Positions 14,374 through 28,437 are shown, counted from the stretch's first letter. The stretch: 64,000 nucleotides of DNA from Octopus sinensis (GCF_006345805.1 NC_043009.1:43896001-43960000); one strand, 5' to 3'. Numbers and translations: made by a program. Notes: generated by a model from the letters alone, not told the origin.

Positions 14374-15244
14374 GTAACGAAAATTATTATATGGTATAAT
14401 CCTCCATATATTTTAATTGTTCGTTTAAATGTTACGAGGATTTTTCGTCAACTAAATATTCCCCCGATGACTATTGATATCATAAGATCGCTATTGGAGT
14501 AGCATTAGTAAGCTACGGTGACACCAAAAACTTGGATACTTCCATAAATAAGACAAACAGAAATAAAAAACGTCCAATACAAGCACGCAAAACTTTTGTT
14601 TATGTAATTTTCAAAACCCTAATAACTGCATTCTGAACAAATTGTGTCGTTACAATATATTAGCTTATCGAACGTGTGTACATTTGTGTGTGTATGCGTG
14701 TGTGGTTGTGTGTGTGTGGTTGTGTGTGTATGTTTGTGTATGTGTGTGTATGTGTGTAGCTATGTGTGTATGTTTGTGTATGTTTGTGTATGTTTGTGTT
14801 TGTTTTTTACACTAATACACATACTAGCAAGACAATAAGTTTTATAGGACTCACTGAAAATCCGGACCCCGTGAAAGGTTTCATCTATATATCTATACAT
14901 TTAGATACCTAGAAAATTCCTCATTTCTGAACATATCTGGAGATTAAAGGGTTGTGATATTAACAATGATAGAATCGCTCGGTCAACTGTGACACTTCTG
15001 AATAGACCTGAGTGGACCAAAATCATACAAGACCGTCACATGGATTATACCAGTATTCAAAGAGCCAGTTTTATCAAATATGTTATTACACTGATTTCGC
15101 CTGAAGATTAAGAGTCTGTGGAAAACTCAGTAATATCAAGTGTTCTGAAATTAAATGTGTTGGCAGTTGTGTTGATAGTACAACTGGAATACACATCATG
15201 GACACCTTTTATGCATACACACACACACGCACACACCCACACGC

Positions 15245-16050
15245 CCTGGCCGCCCTATTATTTCTGCCTGTAATTGCCCCGCAGAACTCATTTCCAAATA
15301 CCTTGATCTTATCCTGTTCCCTTTAGTTGCTGCCCTTCCATCCCACATACACAAGACTAATCGCGCCCTTCGTCTCTTCAATTCCTTTTCCTTCCCTCTC
15401 GGCCCCTTACACCTCCTCTTCACCTTGGACATCAAATCCCTATACACGGTGATTCCCCACAACAACGATCTCTTAGCCCTCCAATACATCCTCGACCGTC
15501 CTTACCCTCAACTGCTCGTCCTCACCCTCAACTGCTTTATGTTTGCCGGCGAAACCTACTAACAAGTGTCTGGGGTCGCAATGGGAACGAGAATGGGCCC
15601 CAATTTCGCCAACCTATTTGTTGGTCACATTGAGGCCCAAGAATACTCCCAATTCTCTAGGTCGACCCCCCCAGAGCTATACGGTCGCTACATAGAAGAC
15701 TGTATAGGTGCCACCTTCCTCTCCCGTGAATAACTGTGCCACTTCATCTCTTTCCTCTCTAACTTCCACCCTTCTCTCCAATTCACTTCTACTATCTCGG
15801 TTAACTTCCTTTATATCTCTCTTACCATTGACCATCCTTCCCACTCTCTCACCACTTCCGCTTTCTTTAAACCCACAGATTCCCACCTCTACCTCAACTT
15901 CTCCTCCTCCCATCCTTTCCACACCAAACGGGCCATCCCCTACACCCAGTTCCTTCACCTCAGACGCTTGTGCAGCAGGCACCAGCATTTTGAGCCCCAG
16001 TCTCAGTACCTTGCCCGTCTGTTCATGCATCGAGGATGCCCCTCAACTTT
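15245..16050 (+). pseudogene. Penelope-like element reverse transcriptase, decayed
   Basis: Reconstructed with 1 frameshift and 2 stops: PGRPIISAC...DIKSLYTVIPH...QVSGVAMGTRMGPNFANLFVG...YGRYIEDC...KPTDSHLYLNFSSSHPFHTKRAIPYTQFLHLRRLCS; these are typical PLE RT and thumb motifs. Confidence 0.9.
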
Positions 16051-16399
16051 TGCCCAAACCTAACGCACACACAAATACACATACGTACACACACATACAT
16101 ACACACACACACGCACACACAGACACACACGCACACAACATATGCATACTCGCACACACACATACTTCAAACTACCAGTTAAACACTTTTCTACTGACCA
16201 TTCTTCTACGCACATGTGAAGGGAGACACACAACAGACAGCCACTCCTACCAAAAATATTGCTATAAATTCTTCCTACGATATCAAGCGACACAAAGTCC
16301 TAACACATACATACATAAACAGCCACAACCACACACAAACATACGCACATACAATGCTATCATTACATACGCACATTACAACACATACACACATACCCC

Positions 16400-16640
16400 C
16401 GCTTCTCTTGCACTCTCCTATCTTAGAAAGAACTTTTCTACACCCATTCTCTTCCGGTCATTTCAATATGTGACCGCGTGTGTACCGTTAGTGATTTTCT
16501 TTCTCCATTTTCCCTTCTTTGGACTTTTTCTATATTTCCAATGAAGAGCTTCGCTCGAAACGTGAAATCCCCTTTCTTTTCTTTCCTTTCCTGAGCATCC
16601 AATAACACAGTACTTATTCTACGTTAATGTTGTTGTTTTT
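16400..16640 (+). mobile_element. Probable 3' terminus of the same Penelope-like element
   Basis: ccaatgaagagcttcgctcgaaacg, a degenerate CTGATGA-stem-GAAAC hammerhead-like motif, downstream of the RT; no GIY-YIG domain seen. Confidence 0.55.
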
Positions 16641-16659
16641 CTTGCTTGTTCTTGTTTGG

Positions 16660-16705
16660 ATTGACTATATATACATACATACATACATACATACATACAT
16701 ACATT

Positions 16706-16752
<47 letters not shown>

Positions 16753-17116
16753 TATATATATTATATATATATATATATTCATCTCATACCGTCTGATTTT
16801 GTTTATATTTTCCTCCCTATATATATATATATACACAGACACATATTCTATACATATATAGACTACGCGTACACATACACATATACATATAGCAATGTAA
16901 TTGTCGATTTGCCCTATACATACATACACACACATACACACATATTTACATATACACACACACACACACATACATACACACATGTGTGTGTGTGAATATG
17001 TATGCATGCACATATATATAATTACATACGTATATATACATTTACATTTGCACAAACATATATATTTCATAGGTATCTATATATATGTCACTATATATCT
17101 ATCTATATATATATAC

Positions 17117-17150
<34 letters not shown>
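16660..17150. repeat. (TACA)n/(TA)n/(CA)n microsatellite field
   Basis: Direct inspection. Confidence 0.95.
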
Positions 17151-17809
17151 TGTGGTGAGTGTGTTTATGTGCGTGCTTGTGCAAATATATACTCGCAATG
17201 CATATCATATATGCACCTGTGTATGTTTATGCTCCATAATTTGATGTTTATGCGGTGTGTCGGTGTGCGTAAGTGCTACGTAAAATGATATTTGCTATGA
17301 TCTCGCTCTCTTGTTTTACATATGTTATTATTACAGCGCACTATTGTTGCTTAGCTGAGACACAGACGGAGCTAAAAGTTATGTAAATATCTGCCTTTCT
17401 TTATCGCGTTCTCTCCCTCTGTGTTTTGTTTTAAGTATGCATTTGTCTAGGCAGCAGTAAGTCGTTACGGATTTGACAACATAAGGTGGCTTACAGCTCA
17501 CACCTTGTCTTTTTTTTCCGAGTATTGTTTCATGCTTCGCTGCTAACTAAACTAAAACTAACCTAACTCGACAGACGGATTAATCATGAAGAATGCGATG
17601 GATGCGATGCCTTTATAGTCTTTACGTTTTCGTTAAACAACAACAACAATAACAACAACAAAAAAAACAAAACAGCAGCAGCAGCAGCAACAACAACAAT
17701 GATAATAAGAATAACAATAATGATAATGAATACGAAAACTAGAACAACAACGATAACAACACTAGCAATAATGATAATTGTAACAACTACAATAATGATA
17801 ACAAAAACA

Positions 17810-17840
<31 letters not shown>

Positions 17841-17993
17841 GAAGATTTTGGTATAAAGCCAGCAATTTTGAAGAGCAGGGGTGTTAGTCGATATCTTCGA
17901 CTCTAGTACTTGATTTTTTTCTTTATTTTATTGACCGCGAAAGCATGAAAGGCAAAATCGTTCCTCCTACTCCCCCTCCTCCTCCTCCTCCTC

Positions 17994-18042
<49 letters not shown>

Positions 18043-18333
18043 AAACAATGATGATAACCCTTTCTACTATAAGCACAAAGACACACAGATTCAAATTTGG
18101 AGGGAGGGGGATAAGTCGAATACATGGACCACAGTATTGAACCGGTACTTCTTTTATCGACTCCAAAAGGCTGAAAGTCAAAGTCAATCTCGGCGGAATT
18201 TGAACTCTGAACGTAAAGGCGGACACGAAATGCCGCTAAGCATTTTACCCGGTGTGCTAACGATTTTGTAGCCAACCTTCTTACTACAAGTAATAATAAT
18301 AATAATAATAACAACAACAACAACAACAACAAC

Positions 18334-18374
<41 letters not shown>

Positions 18375-18402
18375 TAATAATAATAATGATAATAATAATA
18401 AA

Positions 18403-18950
18403 TGCCCCGATGCAGTACCAGGCAGTGGCTCTCTTGGCTGCTGATCTTAACTGATTGGAAGTTACATTGTTTTGTTTTGGTATAAAACATGGGCTACAGC
18501 AAATATTCTGCTCAATACCATAGATTTACTTGTCAGTTGTATGACCTTAACCAGTTGACCATGTCCCTTAGTGGCTGACGATATGTGCATCTCTGATCAC
18601 GAGCAGAAGTAGTGGGGGAGCATCATAGCCGTGTGTTGAAAGGAATTCTTAGAGATTTGGGTAATTCACCTTTGGAAACAAGGATGGTTCGTTCAACATC
18701 CTTAAACAATCCTTATTCAGAGACCTTTTGAGCGGGATAGGCTACTCCACCAGAAGAAAAATTCTAACTGGGCTCCACCTGCAAGGTCATGTGCTGTTTC
18801 ATTTGATATGAGATCACCATGTCGCACAAATATGGTTGTGATGCATGGGCCCGGTGTATCATTATCAGATGGGTAGTCATGATGGGTATACTGGTCTTCG
18901 TATATTTTACCCCAGTGTCACTTTGATGGCATGCACTGCTCTCTCATTCA
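18403..18950. repeat. ~550-bp interspersed repeat, copy 2, flanked by (AAT)n
   Basis: Colinear with 1242-1800, same orientation. Confidence 0.85.
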
Positions 18951-18955
18951 ATAAT

Positions 18956-18990
<35 letters not shown>

Positions 18991-19012
18991 CAACAACAAT
19001 AATAATAATAAC

Positions 19013-19059
<47 letters not shown>

Positions 19060-19579
19060 TGATGATGATGATGATAATGATGGTTTCAAATTTTGGCACA
19101 ATTTTGGGCCAAAATTTTGGGAGAGGGGATACATTGATTACAAAGGCAGAGTCGACCTCAGAGGAATTTGAACTCAGAACGTAGAGACGGACGAAATGCC
19201 GCTAAGCATTTTGTCCGTCATACTAACAATAATAATAACAATAATAATATTAATAGTAATAGTTTATGATTTAGGCACAAAGTCCCAAATTTTGAGAAGA
19301 GAGGCTTGACGATACCATCGAACACAGTAATTGACGGGGACTTTATTTTATCGACCCTGGAGTGATGGAACAGAAAGCTGACCTCGACAGGATTTGAATT
19401 TAGAATATTAAGAGCTTGAGCATATAGCGTGGGATATTTTGCTCACCGATTTAACGTGGCCACCGATCCGTCGCCCTTCTTAAGTAGACATAATATGATT
19501 AAGCATGAACTGTTTATCAGGAAATATAGGACTAGTGGCACAAATGTAAGTGTTCGGCTGAGTAACTACATGTCATTAA

Positions 19580-19799
19580 CCCTTTCATTACCAACCCGGC
19601 TGAAACCGGCTCTGGCTTTGAATACAAATGTCTTGTTTTCATAAGTTTTGAATTAAAATCTTCCACCAAACCTTAATTACAATTTACGTTCCTAACGATA
19701 GCTGAATGATAACAAAGTTATTTTACTAAATTCTTTGTTATACTTAAAGTAATTGGAAGAAACACAGAGCATCTCAACAGAAATACAGTAACGAAAGGG
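19580..19799. mobile_element. piggyBac-type MITE (220 bp)
   Basis: TTAA|CCCTTTCATTAC ... GTAACGAAAGGG|TCAA: TIRs with a TTAA-like target duplication. Confidence 0.7.
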
Positions 19800-20337
19800 T
19801 CAAACCTGAGCAGGTGGGTGAGTTGGCGTATGGCTGTGAATGTGATAGGATCTCTCCCTCTCTTTAAAAGCAAAAGGCTCTTTGATAAAAAAAAAATTGT
19901 CTTTCTTTTTGATAAATCATTGTAGTCTCTAAATGTAATTTTATTATAAACCATAAACCTTAATCACGACATCAGCGATAATGACAATAATAACGACGAC
20001 ATCAACTGTAATAGTAGACTTCGAAGTGTGAATAAATAAGTATATAAATAAATGAACCCAAGTATACTGCGCTTATGCATGTAAATTATAAACAATAAGC
20101 GAAGTATAATTTTTTAATAAATACCTAAAATTGTATTTCCATACATGCGATAGAGTCAGTCTTTGCACTTTCAGCCTGAGGTTGCAGTTTAATTTGTGTG
20201 CGCATATATATGGATAAGTACCTGTGGTAGATTTGTGGATTTAATTTGGTGAATTGCAGCAAGGAGAAGATGTTAGAAAAGTAAGATGGGGATAGTTAAA
20301 AAATATTTGAAGAGCACTAACGTACACCGCATATATA

Positions 20338-20949
20338 CGAGAACCTGCTGAAAAGTTCCTGGATTTGAGTAAAAGAAAATACAGGAGGATCATTTAATTA
20401 TGATTTTATTGAACACTAGCAGTATCGCCCGGCGTTGCTCGGGTTTGTAAGGGAAATAACTATATAAGCATTTTTAGAGAGTTATAGCCAAAAAATAGCA
20501 AAACATGCATTAAAAATGGAAAAATATGATGGCAAATTTTTTTTAAATCGTTGACTCATCGTAGACATCTTTAGAGAGTTACTTCCCTTATATAATAGCG
20601 AAAAAAATTCATTAAAAGGGAAAAAAATGATGGTAAATTTTTTTTTAAATCGTAGACTCATCGTAGACGCGCGCTAATACCCAGAAGGGCTCGATATGAA
20701 TCACGACTATAAGATACCCGGTTTTGGTTAAACTGCACCGCAAAATGTGGGAGTAGTTAGGAATCTAAATCGTAGGAGACAGACACCAACTTGACTTTTA
20801 TATATAAAGATATTCTCCTCTCAGATTCACACAGTTATTGCAGTGGTCCTTCAGTTTTTGTAAACCGTGTAAAAAAACTCGAAAGGTTGGGTTTCCAGTC
20901 AGGCCTTTCGCGTCACCATTAAAGCCAAGAACTTTTGAGCACTCCCTCG
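20338..20949. mobile_element. Mariner-derived MITE (~217 bp) interrupted by a Helitron
   Basis: TA|CGAGAACCTGCTGAAAAGTTCCTGG ... AAAGCCAAGAACTTTTGAGCACTCCCTCG|TA: imperfect TIRs with TA on both sides. Confidence 0.7.
20416..20810 (-). mobile_element. Non-autonomous Helitron, copy 1
   Basis: In element orientation A|TC...CCCGAGCAACGCCGGG hairpin...CTAG|T, no TSD; near-identical to 61740-62124. Confidence 0.85.
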
Positions 20950-21034
20950 TAGGCATCCTTCTGAGAAAGACAGAGAGACGGAGACAGAGAGGGAGAGAGA
21001 AGGAGAGAGAAAGGGGGAAAATGGTGGGGGAGAC

Positions 21035-21240
21035 GTGTATAGACGGCAGAATCGTTAGCACGCCGGGCAAAATGTTTAGCGGCGTTTCATCCGTCCTTCC
21101 TTTTTGAGTTCGAATTCCACCGGGGTCAACTTTGTCTTTCATCATTTAGGGGTCGATAAAATAAGTACCAGCTGGGCACTAAGATCATTGTAATCGACTT
21201 ATCTCCATCCCCGAAACTGTTGGCCTTGTGCCAAAATTTG
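21035..21240 (+). mobile_element. Older SINE family A copy
   Basis: Diverged head and body, ending in the ggccttgtgccaaaatttgaaacc-type tail. Confidence 0.7.
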
Positions 21241-21369
21241 AAACCAATAGTTATGTAAAACGTCAACAATATGTACATGTGTAATCCAGCATGGCCACAA
21301 CCTGGAAGCTAGTACAAGGCTAAGAGTAGCGAAAACAAGACGTATATTGAACTCCAACAATAATATTAA

Positions 21370-22168
21370 TCCTTTCTACTATAGGCACAAAGGCTTGAAA
21401 TTTTGGGGGAGAGGGCCAGACGATTAGATCGATCCCAGTACGCAACTGGTACTTAATTTATCGACCACGCAAGGATGAAAGGCAAAGTCAACCTCGGCGA
21501 AATTTGAACTCAGAACGGAAGTACAAAGGAAATAGTGCTAAGCATTTCGCCCGGCGTGCTAACGATTCTTATTTTTTTATTGCCCACAAGAGGCTAAACA
21601 TAGGAGGGACAAACAAGGACAGACAAAGGGATTAAATCGATTACATCGATCCCAATGCGTAACTGGTACCTATTTAATCGACTTCGAAAGGATGAAAGGC
21701 AAAGTCGGCCTCAGCGGAATTTGAACTCAGAACGTAGCGGCGGACGAAATACCTATTTCTTTACTACCCACAAGGGGCTAAACACAGAGGGGACAAACAA
21801 GGACAGACAAACGGATTAAGTCGATTACATCGACCCCAGTGCGTAACTGGTACTTAATTTATGGACCTCGAAAGGATGAAAGACAAAGTCGACCTCGGTG
21901 GAATTTGAACTCAGAACATAAAGACAGACGAAATACCTATTTTTTTATTACCCACAAGGGGCTAAACACAGAAGGGACAAACAAGGACAGACAAACGGAT
22001 TAAGTCGATTATATCGACCCCAGTGCGTAGCTGGTACTTATTTGATCGACCTCGAAAGGATGAAAGACAAAGTCGACCTCGGTGGAATTTGAACTCAGAA
22101 CATAAAGACAGACGAAATACCGCTATGCATTTCGCCCGGCGTGCTAACGTTTCTGCCAGCTCGCCTCC
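21370..22168 (-). mobile_element. Head-to-tail array of four SINE family A units
   Basis: Repeat period 184 bp (ATACC junctions at 21749 and 21933); one 5' head at ~22168 and an older-tail copy at 21370-21570. Confidence 0.88.
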
Positions 22169-22564
22169 TTCCAACAATAACAATAATAACAATAACAACG
22201 ACCACAAAAGCAGTTACAGCAGCAGCAATAACAGCAGCGGCGGGGGCAGCAGCAACAAAACAAAAAAAACTACAACAACAAAAGCATTACCAAGAACAAC
22301 TATAAACAACAATACAAAATAGTCACAAACATGTGTAGCACAATAATAACAACTACAACAAAATATTAAAAATTCAACAAAAACAACAAAATGTAATAAC
22401 AAAAATTATGTATATTTATATATATGTATACGCGTGTATATATATATATACGCGTATGTGTGTGTGTGTATGTATGCCTATATGTTTGTATATGTAGTAA
22501 TGTATGTTTACATGTACACCTGTTTACGTATGTGTGTACACGTGTGTATGCGTATGTATGCAAG

Positions 22565-23830
<1,266 letters not shown>

Positions 23831-24473
23831 ATAATGTTTGTAGTTTTGTTTTTGATGTTAATTGTGACCAATGTTTGTTGTTTTGAGATATTTAATCAGG
23901 GCGGGGTCTGACGTCGCTGGACAACGACTTCCTGTTTCATTCTCAACGTCTAACTTCATATTACGTACTCTCTCACACACACACGAATACGTACAGACAT
24001 ACATACAACCCCCGCACACACGCACGTGCAGATACGTACTGTCTCTATATGCAGCGAATATAAGTGATGTGTTCTTGGCACACATACACACACACACAGA
24101 AAAACAAATGTACTTTTTCCTTTTCTTTCTCTCTATGTCTCACTATATTTGTGTATTAAATAATACTTTCCTACAGCAGGCACAAGGCCTGATATTTCGA
24201 GGGAGGAGCTAGTCGATTGCATCGACCCCAGTACTCAAATGGTATTTATTTCATCGACCTTGAAAGAATGAAAGGCAAAGTTGACCTCAGAGGAATTTGA
24301 ACTCAGAAAGTAAAACCGGAAGAAATGCCGCTACGTATTTTGTCTGGAGTGCTAACGATCCAACCAGCACGCACTTTTGTGTATGCCTTAAATAGTGGTT
24401 TCAAATTTTGGCACAAGGCCAGCAATCACGAGGGAGGAGGGTAAGTCGATTACATCGACCTCAGCGCTCCACT

Positions 24474-24700
24474 GCGAGCTGGCAGAAACGTTAGCACGCC
24501 GGGCGAAATGCGTAGCCGTATTTCGTCTGCCGTTGCGTTCTGAGTTCAAATTCCGCCGAGGTCGACTTTGCCTTTCATCCTTTTGGGGTCGATTAAATAA
24601 GTACCAGTTACGTACTGGGGTCGATATAATCGACTTAATCCGTTTGTCTGTCCTTGTTTGTCCTCTCTGTGTTTAGCCCCTTGTGGGTAGTAAAGAAATA
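24474..24700 (+). mobile_element. SINE family A copy inserted into an oppositely oriented older SINE A (24395-24840)
   Basis: The host sequence cagcgctccact|ggtatttatt is split by the insertion; the 3' junction is AAAGAAATA|GGTAT. Confidence 0.85.
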
Positions 24701-25090
24701 GGTATTTATTTTTTCGACAACGAAAGGATGAAAGGCAAAGCCTCGGGTCGGCGGAATTTAAACTCAGGACGTAAAGATGGAGGAAATGCCGTTAAGCATT
24801 TTGCCTGATGTACTAACGATCCTGCCAACCCACCGCCATGTATGAGTATTAATTAATAAACAGGATATCTCTGAAACATACACGCACAGACAAGTATTCA
24901 CTTGTTTACACCTACGTATATATACACATACATTTATACAAACATAAGTCGCATGCACACAACACACACACACACTGAAATATACACATGTATATGTATA
25001 TATATATATTTATATAGGTGGTGTGTGTGTTATGTTTTCTGTATGTGAGTGCGTGTATCTATGTATGTATGCATGTGCATGTATATATAT

Positions 25091-25158
<68 letters not shown>

Positions 25159-25326
25159 TGAGGAAGTTTAGGTCAAGTTAACCCAAAATAATAGGCAAGC
25201 GGTCTGAGTGTTCCAGTTATAAGCCACTACGATCTCGCACAAACGTCCAGTTTGGAGAGGACCAGCAATCAGTAGCTTACCTTTGAGTCAGTAGGTATAA
25301 GCTATATATATATATATAAGCTTATA

Positions 25327-25369
<43 letters not shown>

Positions 25370-25384
25370 TTTAATATATATAAT

Positions 25385-25452
<68 letters not shown>

Positions 25453-25470
25453 TATATATATAGTATATAT

Positions 25471-25536
<66 letters not shown>

Positions 25537-25551
25537 CATTGATTTTCTTAC

Positions 25552-25591
25552 AATCTTTCTTGAACATTTGATACAGGTCCGTCATAACAAC
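25552..25591 (-). CDS. Candidate 40-nt exon ((C)[12 protein letters not shown] or [13 protein letters not shown])
   Basis: Acceptor ttttctttgggggtctataag, donor gtaaga; the phase-1 frame is compatible with splicing from the 27356-27464 exon. Confidence 0.3.
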
Positions 25592-26249
25592 CTTATAGAC
25601 CCCCAAAGAAAACAATGCACTGGTACCCTTGCATGCATAACCACAGTATGCATGGATTGGTATTGGGCCCTTAGATTCGAGTAATTTGCACCCTTTGGGA
25701 TTGTACTTTTATAAGTTTTATCGAAAGGCATAGAAACTCACACGCTGACATCAGCATTTACAAAAAATTTATGGCAGTTTCCAAGGACTTTGCTACTATT
25801 AGTTTCTCATTTATCCATTATGCCACCTTTGGTTCACAACATGTGTTACTGATTCTACAATATCTTCTCTTACTATTTTAAATCATGCTGGATTCTTGGA
25901 TAGAAAATTTTCTCGAACTATCAAAAAAGAAATCCCTTGACAGCTACTCAAGAATGTGTGTGTATCAGTCCTCCACCATCAATAATGATAAACGTAAAAA
26001 TTATGTGATCTACTAACTTCCTAGAACCATTACTTCTCTGGTACCGCTAACTCTGTGTAACAATTATCTCTCTCGTGTTATTACTTCTCTGGTGCTACTA
26101 ACTCTCTAGAGCTCCTGGTGCCACTAATTCTGCATCTTCAATCAAATCGCTGGTTGAACTAGTTTATGCAATGCATGCTAGGATGTTAACAATTTTGGTC
26201 AAAGTAAAGAAATTGGGAGCCTCCTCAGAAGAGAGAGGGGGGAGCAGGT

Positions 26250-26480
26250 ATGCGGTGGTATCAAAAAGTTCCTGGACTAGTCCTGTAGCGCGTCAACAGA
26301 TGGCAGCACACGGTTGCGTGTGCAGTGAGAGCTAGCAGTTACTTCAAGTGGCATCGCTGTTTATTTTGCAAGTTGTGAAATTTGTTTTCTAGATACGGGG
26401 AAGATTTCGGACGGAAAAAATTCCTTCAAATTCTCACCGTGGTAATCCAGTTGAACAAGTCTGTATGCTGCTTGATGTAC
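26250..26480. mobile_element. Possible decayed mariner-type MITE
   Basis: Left end tatgcggtggtatcaaaaagttcctggac resembles the TIR of the 20338 MITE; right end is poorly conserved. Confidence 0.35.
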
Positions 26481-26575
26481 CGTACATTTTTTAATCAGTG
26501 GTGCCTTCTAATGAAATTTCTGTCTATTAGAAAACGATCGATTATTTTTCTTGACTTGTACCTTAAAAGATAATT

Positions 26576-26959
26576 TCATTTTTGGTATCGCTTTGAACGG
26601 GATTCCATTTGCGATCCTCGAAATTCGTAAGCCGCGGCCGGGCCCCCTTGCATTTTAACTTCATCGGCCCTGCTAACGTGCCGCTCTCGTCGCTGCTGCC
26701 GACCGCGCAACAGCCATCCAGTTATGTTGTACTTGTCTCTGGATTCTATAACACGGACTGGGGCCACACCAAACTCATTACTGTGCAAATGATTGTCTAA
26801 TGTTACCACATCTACGCTGGTTTCCTCAAACAGATTCTTTATACTCAGAATGGCATCCAGCATGCTTATAATATGACACCGAAAAAGGTGTTGACATGCA
26901 TCTCCATCTTCACGATAACGAAGCCCTTTATCAACATCTCTATCATGCGTTTCTGCGAA
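26576..26959 (-). CDS. Unidentified 127-codon open frame in a CpG-rich island
   Basis: Stop-to-stop open frame FAETHDRDVDKGLRYREDGDACQHLFRCHIISMLDAILSIK...KRYQK*; possible acceptor ttcgcag at 26953; no recognisable motif. Confidence 0.3.
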   Translation of the reverse strand, partial: FAETHDRDVDKGLRYREDGDACQHLFRCHIISMLDAILSIKNLFEETSVDVVTLDNHLHSNEFGVAPVRVIESRDKYNITGWLLRGRQQRRERHVSRADEVKMQGGPAAAYEFRGSQMESRSKRYQK

Positions 26960-27355
26960 TTATTGCTCAACAACACAACTAATCTCAGGACCAGTCAGAC
27001 TCTAGTGTTCTTCTAGAATTTCCTGCGATACCAATCAATCCATCAATTCCCTCATTCAATTTCACGCATATCATCTTCGCGTTCTTCAAATTTTGGGTGT
27101 TTGTAATTGTTGAAGATCTAAGGGTGTGGTCTTTATAATTCTTGTATATAATATTATATAAACTTTGTTTACAATTATATTTTTGACATTTTTTGTGTAG
27201 TTCCAAGTCATTTTAAAATTATCTTTAAAATAAACTGATGTGAAAGACACAATGCCTTAATGATATAAAGTAATTTTAAATACTATTGTAGATATCTTCC
27301 TGTGAAAGCAATGCTATCAAATAAATCCTGCTATGACCATCACCACAAAACTTAC

Positions 27356-27464
27356 AATTTTCCGGATATTTCCGCTTTTCCCCAAAATACGTGATGATGA
27401 CACTTTGAGCAATGTATGCCTCATCATTGAACAGAACTTTTACATTCCTACCTTCAGCATCATA
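27356..27464 (-). CDS. Internal coding exon of an unidentified host gene (YDAEGRNVKVLFNDEAYIAQSVIITYFGEKRKYPEN)
   Basis: Strong acceptor ttttctttttctttttag, consensus donor gtaagt, only one of three frames open across 109 nt, globular-protein-like composition. Confidence 0.7.
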
Positions 27465-27804
27465 CTAAAAAGAAAAAGAAAATTGACATATTTTAAGGAA
27501 AAATCAAATTTTGATAAGCTAGGCGCACCACTGACAAATTTAGATTGACATTCAAAGAGGCAAAACGTGTTTACTGAAAATTGGTGAACAGAAATAGACA
27601 GAACTGACATATGGCCATGGACTTACTCAACCGAATGACTGGTTGCCGTTCAGTGATCCATATCTCCAGATCTATCCAACCCCACCCTCAACTGTTGAAT
27701 GCTCAGCAAATATGCAGTGTCTAATCATATGGCTGGGGCGTACTATAATAGTGTGACAGTGGGGGAGTGCACGATGTACTCTCTACTGCTCAATCTATTT
27801 CTGT

Positions 27805-27829
27805 ATTTCTGAATCATATATATATATAT

Positions 27830-27925
<96 letters not shown>

Positions 27926-27942
27926 CAACATACATATATAAT

Positions 27943-27975
<33 letters not shown>

Positions 27976-28357
27976 GTATATATATATATGTATATATATA
28001 TTATATATGTTATAATGTATATATATATTATGTATATATATACACATACATATATGCGTATACATGTAATATTTATATATGGTGTGTGTGTGTGTGTCAA
28101 TATATATATGTATGTGTATATATGTGTGCGTGTGTATCTATGTTTATGTATATTTAGATCAGTAGATATTATCAGTTATTTGATACATACGCACACCCAC
28201 AAAGGCACACACTCATATATGTGTGTATATACAAAACACCTGATAAAACCCTGTATATATATATATATATATAATATCTTATAAATGCACACACACACAT
28301 GTAAATATATATATTATATATATACATATTCATACATATGCTTATACTTACACACAT

Positions 28358-28389
<32 letters not shown>

Positions 28390-28405
28390 CAATTATCAAT
28401 ACATG

Positions 28406-28437
<32 letters not shown>

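Noticed and set aside
21570-22168. Regularly spaced repeats superficially like a CRISPR array
   Set aside because: The units are whole 184-bp SINE bodies without unique spacers; the DNA is eukaryotic and there are no cas genes.
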